Shown piece by piece: positions 44,956-59,856 of a DNA stretch of 64,000 nt. The translations under genes were made by a program, and so were the position numbers. The notes beneath the pieces are model-generated. The model saw only the letters and a list, made by a program, of their open reading frames with translations, did no database searches and was not told the origin of the DNA. Source of the stretch: the human T2T-CHM13v2.0 reference genome, Homo sapiens; NCBI GenBank assembly GCA_009914755.4, contig CP086569.2, positions 24,864,001-24,928,000 of the forward strand. The letters are read 5' to 3'. Position 1 is the first letter of the stretch, and each line of letters begins with the position of its first letter.

Positions 44956-45541
44956 GCCAGTGTTAGGGGTGGATTCCTGAGACTTGAGGGTTTTATAGAC
45001 CTGGCCTGAGCCTTGCAGTTTCCTTCAGGTCATTTGTCCTTCTCACACAAACTGCTTGAAGAGTAAAATGAAAGAAAAGTTGGGGCAGGTGGCCAGAGAC
45101 ACTCAGGATCCAGGAGTTAACTTAGGATAAGCTGCCACTGCCCACAGCTTCCTGGGATCCAACGGGGCCTCTACCCCCAACACTGGTCCTGGGTTTCAGC
45201 ACCAAATGTAAAAATTAAAGAAAGAGGTGAGAAACCCAAAGGGCAGCATGACTGTCAACAAGGACAGGTTTATTTTGAATCAACCTGAGAGGGGTGGCTG
45301 GCCAGGTTAAGTCAGAGCCACATTCTCTTAACAGACTAAGAGATTTTCAAGATTCAGTCTCAGAGAGTTTGTCAGAGTCTTGGACGGCTTCTGTGTCTCT
45401 TTGTTGTGGTTATCTGACAGAGAGAGCTGTGGGTCTGTTTTCATACATCTTTCTGGAGTTGCAGGCATATTTCCCATGTCTGCTTCTAGCTTCCTTATCT
45501 TACTGCACCTGAAGGGAAAGGAATGTGCTTACTATTTGTAG

Positions 45542-45654
45542 TTAGAAGACAAGTGATTTCCTTGAAATGCATGAGGCTAAAAAGAGAGTTGGATGTTAAA
45601 GTGGTGATATTTGTTCAAGATGAAGGTGCTCCTGTTCCATCAATTTCTAGTCAG
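45542..45654 (+). other. Weak candidate exon (+ strand): a 113-nt open frame flanked by an AG acceptor and a GTAATT donor
   Basis: cttactatttgtAG|TTAGAAGACAAG...GTTCAAGATGAAGGTGCTCCTGTTCCATCAATTTCTAGTCAG|GTAATTgcac. The only open frame gives ..RRQVISLKCMRLKRELDVKVVIFVQDEGAPVPSISSQ and ends in phase 0. Confidence 0.15.
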
Positions 45655-46694
45655 GTAATTGCACAACCATTAGTTTTTTTCTTTGTTTGTTTGTTTTGGA
45701 GTAATTATATACTTAGAAGTAAATTCTGTTGTCTGTAAATTCAAATCAGCAAATTTATATGGCTCTATTTGATGTATTTGCCTTACACAAATGCATGCTT
45801 TATATTATAGAAACATTATAACACCTGTGAGTTTTAAAAGTTATTTTATGGTAATGAAGAGTGATTTCTTGGCCCTCTGAAAAACAAGATTAAATTATTT
45901 TGTGTATTGAATATTCACAGTTATTAAGGAAATCCCCAAGGTTTATTTTTTTAAATTAACTTTTCATTAAATTGAAGGGTATTTTAGTAAAAACACTGTA
46001 ACATAAAATTAAAATTAGTGATAATACGAATAATTAAATGACTTTAATTATTCTGTTGAAGTTGTGGAAGTGTTGTTGTTATTTTAATTAGAACAGCATA
46101 CAAAATCTACAAAAAAATTTACCAAAGCTCTTTATTTTCTCTCTCAAATAGGAATTTGTATTTAATAATTTTCTGTGTGAGATGTTTGCTCTTTATAAGA
46201 ACAGGACTCTTTATTCAAATAGAAGCTGTTTTGTAATCTTGATTCTATTACACCAATGAATACTTATTTTTCACAGAAATGTAACAACTTGAACAAGGGT
46301 GATCAGTTACTAAGAGGAGTATTTAATCTCCTGAGAAGAAAATATACAGAGCATAGCTATTATATTTACAGAAATATATTTAACTGTTTGTAACATATGC
46401 CAGTTTAGGTAAGATATTTTCATAATTTTATGTCAATTAGGTTTTTATTTTAAAATATTAAATGAGAAGCACATTTTAATCATTATAATATGTAAAGCAT
46501 CCTAAAGTACAAGCAATATTCCATATACATACATACATATACATATAAATATATATAAATGCATCCCAAATCTGTGTAACTTTAATGTATTTCATGTATT
46601 CTCAGGTTATTTATGCACTTGTTTCATTTTTCTGGTAATCTTTAAGTTTAGATATTGTACCTGATTGATGTTGTCTTTCTCTCTCTCTCTCTCT

Positions 46695-46960
<266 letters not shown>

Positions 46961-48597
46961 AGACGTTATCTCTTAGTATTGCTTTTTGAAAACTACTGGC
47001 TTCCAGGTCATATGCCACACTATCTAAATCAGAATTTCTAGAACTTGGAAAAGGAATCTATATCCTTAAGGGATCTCAACTGGTCATTTTGTTTGTCAGT
47101 TTTAAAAATGTCTTCTATGAGAAACTTTTAGAACGTATGTGTGTTTTTGTTAAAATAAAGTAAAATAAACAGTTACAATGTAAATAAATAATTTACTTAA
47201 ATTTTTTGTTGATGTTAACATAAATTAAGAAATGTGATTTTCACTAAATCTCTCTTAGGGTAGCCTGATTTTTCTCACATCAACCTATTGCACAGTAGTA
47301 CTAAAGGCATTGATAGATTGTCAAAAATGTAAAACAAAAATATTTGTACTGTTTTCAGTGTTAGGGCAACATTTCAAAGTTACTAATTTATGGATATAGT
47401 TAAAATTTAATTACTATTAAATTTTACATTTATATGTGATGTTGATAAATATTATGTCACACATATGAATGATTGACTCAGACAATTAGGATTTCACTTC
47501 ATGTAACTTGTTAAAGTCACAAACATTTTACTATCAAAACTAAGTTCTATGGTCACACATTCCTGTAATGAAAGTGTTATTTTATTTACCTTCAAGAGGA
47601 AACAAATTTGACCCTTTACTCTTCCTGCTCTGATCATCTCTGTGCTTTCTTTTTTCTCATCCTTGCCTGACTACATCTGAGATGCTGGGATACTTTTAGT
47701 AGAGTAGGAGCATATATTCAAATATAAATACAATATTTATTTTAAATGTAAAAATATAAAACTTAAGAACTCAAAAAAAATTTGTTTTGCACAATTTAAC
47801 TTGAGATTTCAGTGGCTCATACACAACACATGATTGGTTTATAATATAACCTAAGTGTAATTTTAATTGACAAGATTCATTATACATTTATACATCTGAA
47901 GGCATTTAGGCAGTGTGTTTTAGGTTTTAGGAATTTTTGAATTTGAGGAAACTGAGTCAACACATTTGCAACACATTGTGTACTATTCCTTGTGAGGCCC
48001 CAAAGGTACCCAAGAATCAAACATACTAATGTTTCTATGAAGAGAAATGAATATTCCCTTTAAGGATGAAGGGTACATGAATGAAGACTTAATAGCTTCC
48101 CTCAATTAAGTCTTTATTACATCAGAAATCAAATTACATACCAACCTTATTTTTAAAAGCCTTGCTTAATTGAGCATTTTGAATTTCAGATAAAGTGTTT
48201 TGAATCTGTCTTAATTATGATTTTGAAAATACAGTACTGAATAAACAGCCCAGGTGGGATACAAAGCTTCATAATAAACAAGAAAAATACAAAGTGACCT
48301 GCTGCCTGTTGTAGGGAGTATATGACTTAGATTTGGAGGTAAAAAGCATCTTGCAGTAAAAAATACTTGCTTTGTTAAGCTTTTTTTTTTCTAAATAGCT
48401 AGTTGGTACAGACTTAGTATTGACATAACTTGACTTTTTAGCAATTATGTGCGATATTCAGTGTGACTTGATAAACCATTAGAGGATCACAAAAGGCATA
48501 AATTAGTAACATCTCACTGGCTATAGCATAGAAAGTTTCACAATAAACCACAGTAAGAAAGTATTCAAAATTATGTGTAGAAAAAGATTGTGGGTAC

Positions 48598-48668
48598 TCT
48601 GTATTATGTAACTAACCTGCACATTGTGCACAAGTACCCTAAAACTTAAAGTATAATAAAAAAGAAAA
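48598..48668 (+). mobile_element. Extremely 5'-truncated L1 copy: only the last ~70 bp of the L1 3'UTR
   Basis: TGTATTATGTAACTAACCTGCACATTGTGCACAAGTACCCTAAAACTTAAAGTATAATAAAAAAG matches the L1PA 3' terminus (...TATGTAACTAACCTGCACATTGTGCACATGTACCCTAAAACTTAAAGTATAATAAAAAA). Confidence 0.8.
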
Positions 48669-49151
48669 ACTGGCAATGTGGAACATATGTGTGGACAGAT
48701 TCACGAGCTCTTTATGAGTTACAATAGGTAGGTGTTGGTAATTGGATATTTGAGGAAGTGGAATAGGAAAGAGATGTTAACACCTATGTCTCTTGTGTGA
48801 TTTGATATGCTGAGGGAATAGTAATGCAATTTACTGATAGAAAGAAAAGAATCTGAGCGGATTGTGATTTAGAAGCATATGGGAGATCAAATAGAAAATT
48901 GTAATGGGGAGTTGGATACCTATGTCCAGAATTTGGAATCATCTAAAACAATACATGTGTTACTACAGATGTAACAATGAAAAAAAGTCATAGAAAGGAA
49001 TGTCATTGAATGGAAACTTTTTTAAAAAAAGTTAATGTTATCATGGTAGATAACATTAAGTTATCCAAAAACAATCCATAGCCTCTATAAGTAGTTAGTT
49101 TAACTTGTATGTAAGAAGGAGAGTTTTTGTTTGTTTGTTTGTTTTTTTGAG

Positions 49152-49345
49152 GGAGTCTCACTCTGTCACCCAGACTGGAGGGCAGGAACGCAATCTCGGC
49201 TCACTGAAACCTCCGCTTCCTGGGTTCAAGCAATTCTGTGTGTCACCCTCCTGAGTAGCTGGGATTACAAGTGTCCACCACCACACCTGGATAATTTTAT
49301 ATTTTTAGAAGAGATGGGGTTTCACAACCTTGGCCAAATTGGTTT
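49152..49345 (-). mobile_element. Partial Alu (the right-monomer side is missing), antisense
   Basis: TTTTTTTGAGGGAGTCTCACTCTGTCACCCAGACTGGAGGGCAGGAACGCAATCTCGGCTCACTGAAACCTCCGCTTCCTGGGTTCAAGCAATTCTGTGTGTCACCCTCCTGAGTAGCTGGGATTACAAGTGTCCACCACCACACCTGGATAATTTTATATTTTTAGAAGAGATGGGGTTTCAC. Confidence 0.8.
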
Positions 49346-50920
49346 TGAGAAAAATTATAATTTTAAAAAACTGTGGTTACACTCAAGACAGATCTTTAGC
49401 CTTCTTCTAGAATTCTTAGCTGTGTCATCTGCAGTAAAATAAGACTAAGATTGACCAGAATTAGTTACCCAACTCTGCTAGGAGATTAAAAGTTTTATTG
49501 TTATAGGATTGTAGAAACAAATCATAGTATATAACTGGAAACTCTATACACACACGCCCCCCCAAACACAAAATCATACACAATTTTCACTCAATAGACA
49601 TTATAATAAGCATACTAAAAAACCTGATTTTCACTCAATAGACATTATAATAAGCATACTGAAAACCTGATAATAAACTAAAGGTATTATAAAGTTGTAG
49701 AACACGATGATTAAAGCCAAATCATAATCTTAAATTTTAAACAACTGAAAATGTTAGATTTTAACAATTAAATTTTTCTAATTGTTCTTTGGTCCACCAT
49801 CATAGATTTCAAGCAGATTAATTAATGTTGTAAAACGACATTAAGAGTCTCTATCAATGGGGTTTAATTTATACCATTTAAAAAATAGTTTGTAGTCATA
49901 TATTGTTTACTATGTAACTTCTTTTATTTGCTCTAAAGTAAGGCTAAATCACATCTTAACCTCATCTCATTCAAGGAAGTGATTACAGTAAAATTATACA
50001 TGTTGGGTTAATGTGGAAAACAGTGAATGTAGATTAATGTGGGTTTTTTGCAAGAATTTAGTATTCTCCTTATTAAGATTAGCTTGAAATGTTTTGTGTA
50101 ATGAATATTTAGTCTATTCAATAGGCGTTATTCAGATATATATCAACAGATATATATCAACATCTGCTATGTACCAACCACTGTTCAAGGCAGCAGATAA
50201 CAATATAGGCAAAGATAATATTAATCCAAATTGCACGTGAAAACAAATGATACTATTGATAATGTGGCAAATGACTTGATTTTCACTTTATTATAATTTT
50301 TAAGAGAATAATACAATGAAATATGTACTGTCAGTGTTACAAGAAGTCTATCCATGTTATTCCTTACCTGAAATAATTAGATTACACAAATTACCTTTTT
50401 CAAAAGAAATTTATATTATAAATGCTCCTATGGCAAAAAAAAAAAAACATAGCTTCTGACTTGGAATATAATATTACTATATTAAGTAAGACACATGGTA
50501 GAGAGAAAAAAACAATTTTATTTATCTTTCATGGTAATGACAAAAAAGGTAGAAGTCTCTATTTTTTGCATTTTTAATATTGACTCTTAAGAAGAGTAAA
50601 CAATTTTCAGTGTCAATATGTTGCAATTTAGCCAGACCTAGAAGAAAAATGACTGATTATTAGCAAATCAGGAAAATTTTATTGTTGCCATTGAAAATTG
50701 CTTTAGCCATCATGTGTGTGTTCTTACACTATTAGAATTGAAATCAATTTTCTACTGCCAATTTATATTGCTGTTCTATCATCATGGGATTCTTGCTTTA
50801 CATTCTTAAATGTTGTCTCTGAAAAATGAGTGACTACCAAACAAGTTTTTCTTTTTTATTCAAAAAGTTAGTCTTAAAAGGCTATTCCTCTTTAATAAAA
50901 ATAATGAGGTGAGTGAATAT

Positions 50921-51075
50921 GGTGAGGCATTTCTCTAATCCCAAGTAGTTGGAAGGCTCAGGCAGGAGTATTCCTTGAACCCTGGAGTGTGAGACCTCAT
51001 TGAGCTATGAGCTATCATCATGCCACTGTAGTCCAGCCTGGGCCACAGAGCATAATCCTATGTGTAGAATAAAAA
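50921..51075 (+). mobile_element. Partial Alu (right-arm/FRAM-like)
   Basis: CTCTAATCCCAAGTAGTTGGAAGGCTCAGGCAGGAGTATTCCTTGAACCCTGGAGTGTGAGACC...ATGCCACTGTAGTCCAGCCTGGGCCACAGAGCATAATCCTATG. Confidence 0.7.
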
Positions 51076-52550
51076 ATAGAACTATGAAAAGTAATAAAGC
51101 CTGACTGTTTTTAATTCACTTTTAATAATGCATGGATAGTATATTTAGCCAAAACATTTTAAATTAGTAACATGCCAAGAGATCAGATGTTTTAGTCAGA
51201 TTGCTAGCTCCTCAACTGGCTAAATATGTAACATTTGGCAAAGTATTTCTCCTAACAGTAATTGATTTTTTTATTTGTTAAATGGATTTACTAGTGCTAC
51301 CCTCTTAGGGAACTAACTCTGATATTAATTAGATTACCTCAAAAACTTGTTACATAATAGGCAATAAAATATTAGCACATATTAGGCAATAAAATATTAG
51401 GCACATATTAGGCAATAAAATATTAGCTACTACTAGATATTACAGATTATTTTCATCTGCTTATTTTAAAGCTCATAGTGCATATAATAAAATTCCAGCA
51501 GAGCGAAAATGACTGTTAGATACAATAGAACACTCTAAGAGTCATTATCAAAAATGAGCATATCAGTGTGTAAAATGTATGGTAGTTTTATTTAACGGTT
51601 GTTTCATTGTTTACCGTAGTGTTTTTTCTTACAATTTTGTGGAAGCCTGTGTCAGAGTTAAGAACTTTTATAGAAGAGGATAATCATGGATGATTGAAAT
51701 TGACATTTTAAGCTGATACTGAAAGTTATTCTAACTTCTATTACATTTATAGTTGTATTTTCTTTCAAAGGATAATGGAAGTCTTAAAAAGAAAATGGAT
51801 ACTTCCCTGACAGGGGAGATACCTAGGAATCCAACTTCCCAGGGCAAGACTGATCTATTGCACTATGGATGTGCCGACCCCTGAGATTTACAAAATTGTG
51901 GGAAACTCAACTGCATAATTTATGGAAATGAAGGACTGTGTTTGCGCTTTCACGTGGAAAAGAAACAGAAAAGAAAAGAAAAGAAAATTGACTTGTTTAG
52001 TGGATATAGAAACTTGAAACTAGACCATGTACTGGAAACAATTCAGTATGCCTACAAAAGTTGGTCTCCAGCACAAAACAATAAAACATCAAATGGTTAT
52101 GTCTTAGGCAGATCAAATAGTGTTAGGATGACACTTGCAAAACCTTGCAAACTGAGTCCACATGAGGGGACGAGGGGAAGCACCCAAAGGAAGCAGATAA
52201 ATCTGGGAAAAAGAGAAGTCATTTTTAAATGTGTAAGCCAATGTTTATGTATTAATATTTCCCTTAAAAATATTTATTTTATTAAATGGTTAACATTGGT
52301 TTCTTTGACCTTAAAAAGTAGGTTTTCTTTTGGAAATGACTGATGTGAAATGGTCTAGAAATTACACAGCTAGAATAATTCAGATTTTTCCCTGACTTAT
52401 ACATCATTTGCAGGAGTTGTGAAGATGTTAAAGATGCCAGCTTTTTTGCATTTCTTAGAAGTTTATTCTAAATGAAGAAAATTAAATATAAGGTATAAAG
52501 TTACTTTCATAATAAAATTGTCAATCTTTTTAAATATTTTGAATTTGAAG

Positions 52551-52643
52551 CCAGATAATCAAGATTCCTTAGATGAGCGTAAGTCCTCTTCAACAGAAGA
52601 TGCCACATTATGTCCTCATCCAACAGGATTTATGTATGAACAG
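52551..52643 (+). other. Weak candidate exon (+ strand): 93 nt, symmetric (phase 0/0), a single open frame, AG acceptor and GTAAAA donor
   Basis: tttgaatttgaAG|CCAGATAATCAAGATTCCTTAGATGAGCGTAAGTCCTCTTCAACAGAAGATGCCACATTATGTCCTCATCCAACAGGATTTATGTATGAACAG|GTAAAAATAAAT. Translation PDNQDSLDERKSSSTEDATLCPHPTGFMYEQ. The other two frames contain stops. Confidence 0.2.
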
Positions 52644-52766
52644 GTAAAAATAAATAAATACATACATACATAAATTTTTATTTTTCTTTTTCAAACTCAT
52701 TTTGATCTTTACTTATATGGTCTTCAATTTTATTTCCTTACATATTTGGTAACATATCAGCTGTGA

Positions 52767-55155
<2,389 letters not shown>

Positions 55156-55170
55156 CAGAAGAAGAATACT
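55156..55170. repeat. Target-site duplication (right) of the AluYa5
   Basis: CAGAAGAAGAATACT. Confidence 0.9.
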
Positions 55171-55470
55171 TTAAGTGTGGTCATGTTTTATTTTACCCTT
55201 GTGACATTTTCTTTGTCAATAGGTACTACCTTGTCCTAGTTCATAAAAATTTGTGATATTTCAAGAAGAGCATAAAGTAATTTATTTATTCTTTCTCAAA
55301 ATGCAGAGACAGTAAAAATTAACCATTTTACGGGCTTTAATACAAAGTTTACTAAAAAACAAATACTGATCAAAATATAAATAAATACCATTTATGAACA
55401 CTTCTAAGTTAAAACGAATATTTTTGTTAAAATTTTCTGGGAAGATTAGCCACAACAAGAGTAATGCAGT

Positions 55471-55635
55471 CTTCTCTTTTCTTTTCTTACCTTTTTTCTT
55501 TCTCTTTCTTTCTCTTTTTCTTTCTTTCTTTCTCTCTTTTTCTTTCTTTCTTTCTTTGTTTTCTTTCTTCCTTTCTTTCTTCCTTTGTTTTTTCTCTTTC
55601 TTTTCTTCCTCTCTTCTTTCCTTTCTTTCTTTCCT
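55471..55635. repeat. (TTTC)n/(CTTT)n polypyrimidine microsatellite (~165 bp) that grew out of the tail of the adjacent antisense Alu
   Basis: CTTTTCTTTTCTTACCTTTTTTCTTTCTCTTTCTTTCTCTTTTTCTTTCTTTCTTTCTCTC...TTCCTTTCTTTCTTTCC, then T19. Confidence 0.95.
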
Positions 55636-55909
55636 TTTTTTTTTTTTTTTTTTTGATGGTGTTTCACTCTTGTTGCCTCGGCTGGAGTGCAATGGTTGTG
55701 ATTTTGGCTCACTGCAACTTCCACCCCAGGAGTTCAATCGATTCTCCTGCCTCAGCCTCCCAAGTAGCTGGGATTACAGTCATGTGCCACCACACCTGGT
55801 TAATTCTGTATTTTTGGTAGAGACAAGGTTTCACCTTGTTAGCCAGGGTGGTCTGGATCTCCTGACCTCACGATCCACCCTCCTCAGCCTCTCAAAGTGC
55901 TGGGATTAT
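55636..55909 (-). mobile_element. Alu SINE, antisense (truncated at its 5' end), with T-tail
   Basis: T19, then GATGGTGTTTCACTCTTGTTGCCTCGGCTGGAGTGCAATGGTTGTGATTTTGGCTCACTGCAACTTCCACCCCAGGAGTTCAATCGATTCTCCTGCCTCAGCCTCCCAAGTAGCTGGGATTACAGTCATGTGCCACCACACCTGG...CTCAAAGTGCTGGGATTAT. Confidence 0.88.
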
Positions 55910-58900
55910 TTTGAGTCATGGCACCCAGCCAGGTTAATCATTTAAAAGATTTTAGTGTGCTATAACATTTAGCATGACTTCTCACCAAGTTCATGTAGCC
56001 AAAAATTGGAATTACCTAAATTACAGCAGTTGTCCAGAGTAACAGCTCTATTGCTCAGAAACCTTATTTTTTTATGCCAGAAACAATCAAAGACAGGGTA
56101 AAAATGTAAAAAACAAGCAGATTTTAATTCTACACATTCTTCACCTTTAATGTTTGATAGCTTAATTTCTTGCTGAGATAAAGATATTGCCATATTTTTA
56201 ATAGGAATTCTTAAATATTACAACCAATATACATACTTTTCATATGTCACAATGTTTGGAGCATGGGAAGTTGTATTTTTTTGTGCTGGGGGCACTTTTG
56301 TGGTAGAATTTACTAAGGGATGCTTCTAAAATTTGCTTCACCTAATTCCAGTAAAGTGCATATTATCAGAATCCACAGTACTTTGAAGCACCATTGTGCC
56401 AAGATTTCTGACTGTTTTGCTAGCCAGTCACAATTTTCCTTGAAAGCAGTAAGTCTCCTAGTTTATTTCTATATTATTTTAAAGCTTTTGTCATTAGATG
56501 TAGGGTTTACTGAAGATAAAAGTGCCTTCTGATTTTAAATAATTAATATAATTTTTTATTTGATGTAATATCTCTATGCCCCTGTTGGAAACAGTAGGAT
56601 ATGAAGTGTGTTGCATAGTGTGAGGATCAGCAATTCATTTGTTTGAACCGGTTACAATATACTATGTTTTTATCTTTTTATAGTATATAAGCATTAGCAT
56701 TGAACACCATGAATGCAAAATGCAGTCTACATTAGTCAAGACCTATAAATACACTATCAGGGCTACTGATATTGGTATATTGTAATCCAACTATGTCATG
56801 TGTCTTCCTATATGGACTATTGTTATTTGCAGTCTATGTTTCTCTTCTGGCCTAGACTTAGATTTTGGAATTTCTGTTCCTTAGAAAGTACAAGAGAAGC
56901 ATATTTAGATTAATCCCATTTCTGCATTACTGCTGCACCTCTTTAAGGTTGCCACTTCAAGGGACTACATCATGATGTCCTGTTTCTAATGACCTCCCAA
57001 TCATCCTGCAGAAGATTCTTCAAATGGGGATCAACATGTCCTTATTTAAGGTACCCCTTAAATTTCTACTATTAAGTGGATGCCAGGATATGATTCAGCC
57101 CATTGAAAGTCCGTGTATCACATACTGGCATCTGTTTGAAAGTCCAGTTTTCTATTGTTCACATGGCCAGGATACTGATTACTGTTTACGACTCATGAAT
57201 TCAAACAATTGCCTTTATAAAACAATCATTTAACAGCATAGAGTTCAATCATTGAGCTAATTTACTCATTCAATCTTCAACTGGTCTTCATTTCTGGTCT
57301 CTATGAGAGCCTTGCAACAGGACATTATACACCCACTTTGAAACTGCCATTCATCAACTAAGCAGGTTGTTGTTGTCAATAGGGAGCTCTTCAAAGGGCA
57401 TTGCCCATGTGACAGTGGGATCCAGTAATTCCTGAGGTTATTGCAAACTACATGCTAGAAAATACCAGACTGCCTGCTCTTGAATAGGATCATCATCTCA
57501 TTGCACTTCCCTGGTAATATTTTCCTCTATAAAACCATCTTTTTATGTTATTTGAAAGTCTTCTGAGCACTTCCTCATTAGACTGTTTCTTTAATTTGCC
57601 CAACACTTTATACGTGTTGCAAGTTTTATAATTATTTTATGGTCTTCAGTCAAAGAAGCTGTCTCAACACTAAGGCAAGAAAACCTAGTAATTATCTTTC
57701 CAATGGCACATATTGTTTCATGGCATCCAGGAGAGCCCTGGACCACAATTTCCAGCTAATGCTGAAGAGGGGCATGTGTGGCTTTTCTGCCATGTCCTCA
57801 GTCTGCCCAAGAACATGTCGCAAGTACTTCTAAAATCAGAATTTGGATCACAAAGTCCCAATGTGTAGAGAGAAAGAGGTTTTTACAATTCAGAAATGGC
57901 CACATTTAGTGAAATTTCTTATTTAAACAGACCACTATTTATCATTTTTAAACTGATGCATTATAATTTTCCATATTTACAATGTAGAACCGTTATCTTG
58001 ATACATGCACAAAATCAGCAATGACCAAATTTTTAAATGGCATACTGGTAATTGGTATATTAGTCATTTCCGACATATATGACATATTTGTTTCAAGAAC
58101 TTTCCAAATCTAAACTTCTAGTTATTATGAAATCTATAATAAATTATTCATACCTATAACCTCCCTCCTATACAATCAAACTTTAGAACCTATTCTTTCT
58201 AACTATTTTTTACACATTAACTAACTCATTTATTTGCTTAATGTCTTTCATAGCCTATAATAATCTGTCATTCTATTCTCTACCTATATGAGATCAACTT
58301 TGTTATTTCTCACATATGAATAAAATCAACCAATCCTTGCGCTTTATATTTCCTGGCAAATTTCACTTAATATAATGTCTCTTAAATGAAGTATTTTGCC
58401 TCAGTAATATTTAGTTAACTTATTGAGGCTTTTATACAACTGAAATAATCACTCACCTAAAATTTACCATAACTGTTACCAAAATTCTTTGGGTACATAT
58501 GATTGTACTTTGAAAACAGCTCAATGAACAAAGATGTCTTGAAGATGTCTTATGACACAAATATTGTTCTCTTTTCTATCTTCTGTCTTTATTAACTCTG
58601 GATTGTCTTCCAATTAATAAAAATATTCTGATAAATTACCTTGGGGATCAACATTAATGACCAAAAAATCAGTAATGCACTCATTTAACTTTATAAATAT
58701 AAGGAAAGAAGTTGAAACAAATAAAAAACTTGCTGAATAAAATTATATACATTTTGTACATTCCTAATTTTCAAAACACTTAAATTACTTTTTATTTTTT
58801 ACTCTTATTGCTCAGTTCAAACATAGACTATTATAACTGGGTTTACAGAAAAGTTATCATAAAAGATTCATAAAATAATAACCTACACTGGAGATAATAT

Positions 58901-59823
58901 AATATAGTAAAATTTGTTCAAGCAGGCAGGAGTAAGACAAATGAGTCCTCTGCCATGAGTAACTTTGGGGAATAAGTAACTTTGGGGGAATAAGTTACTT
59001 AGTCTTTGTAGGATTCTGTATCTTCTTCTGGGAATAATGCATTTTCCAAATTACATAAGATTATTTACATGATGAAATCAGAATTATTAACACTGAATAA
59101 ATATGCCTATTAACCCTAGTTTTGGAAGGATGGGGTGGGGGGCATAGAGAGAAGCTCCAAAAGTCAAAACATGATTGTAGCCATAGAGCAAAGTACAGTT
59201 GCTTTCCAAGTATCTGAGAGGTTTCTTATTGTTTTCGTTGTGTCATAGGTTTGTGATGAAGAAATAAACAATCCCCAGTTCCTGCCCTAGAGAAGCTCAT
59301 TGCATAGAAAAAGGAACAAGGCAGATATACATGCCACAGTACAGTAATGAGACAACATAAATCACAAGCAACCAAGTCCAAAGGTAAGATACCTAATTTG
59401 AAATTTTATATTCTGTTTCATCTGCTTCTTGCTGTTGTGATTAACCATCTCTATATGTGTTAAATTCAACGCCCTAGGGGTAACACGGGCTATCATGTCA
59501 GAAATTACCTTCCAACTTTTCTTCCAATAGTGTCTGTTAACCAAGTATTGGTGAACATCCCATATGAAGATTCTACTAAAAGTAAAGCTACCCCAACTGC
59601 AATGCTTGGATGATATAATTTTCTGGGTCTAAGAAAGAGGAAGAAAGTGTGTGTTTTGTAATGTCTATAAATCATTAAATGCTGGGACACTGGTAACTGA
59701 AAGACAAACTATTTCTGCCAACTGAAAGGAAAAAATGAAGACATTGTAGGAAAACAATTTATTACAGTAAAACTATTCTGATTTTTTAATTTAGTTTTTA
59801 TCAATATCCACACAAAAAGTAAA

Positions 59824-59824
<1 letters not shown>

Positions 59825-59856
<32 letters not shown>
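59825..59856. repeat. (TAA)n trinucleotide microsatellite (10-11 units)
   Basis: TAATAATAATAATAATAATAATAATAATAA. Confidence 0.95.

Noticed and set aside
46279-46418. Exon-like segment with excellent splice-like flanks (ttatttttcacAG|…TTTAG|GTAAGAT)
   Set aside because: Every frame contains a stop, and it cannot join the A/B/C candidates in frame. It could be a non-coding exon, but nothing distinguishes it from chance.
51942-52343. 133-aa + strand ORF in unique sequence
   Set aside because: No splice or promoter context and no recognisable domain. The composition is typical of random AT-rich DNA, and chance ORFs of this length occur in 64 kb.
59505-59690. Minus-strand ORF peptide …PSIAVGVALLLVESSYGMFTNTW… loosely resembling the C-terminus of mitochondrial ND4L (…[20 protein letters not shown]…), suggesting a NUMT
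   Set aside because: Nucleotide-level similarity to human mtDNA is weak on inspection. The frame contains AGA codons, which are stops in the mitochondrial code. The adjacent sequence does not continue into ND4, and hydrophobic A/V/G/L runs match by chance. I cannot support a NUMT call.
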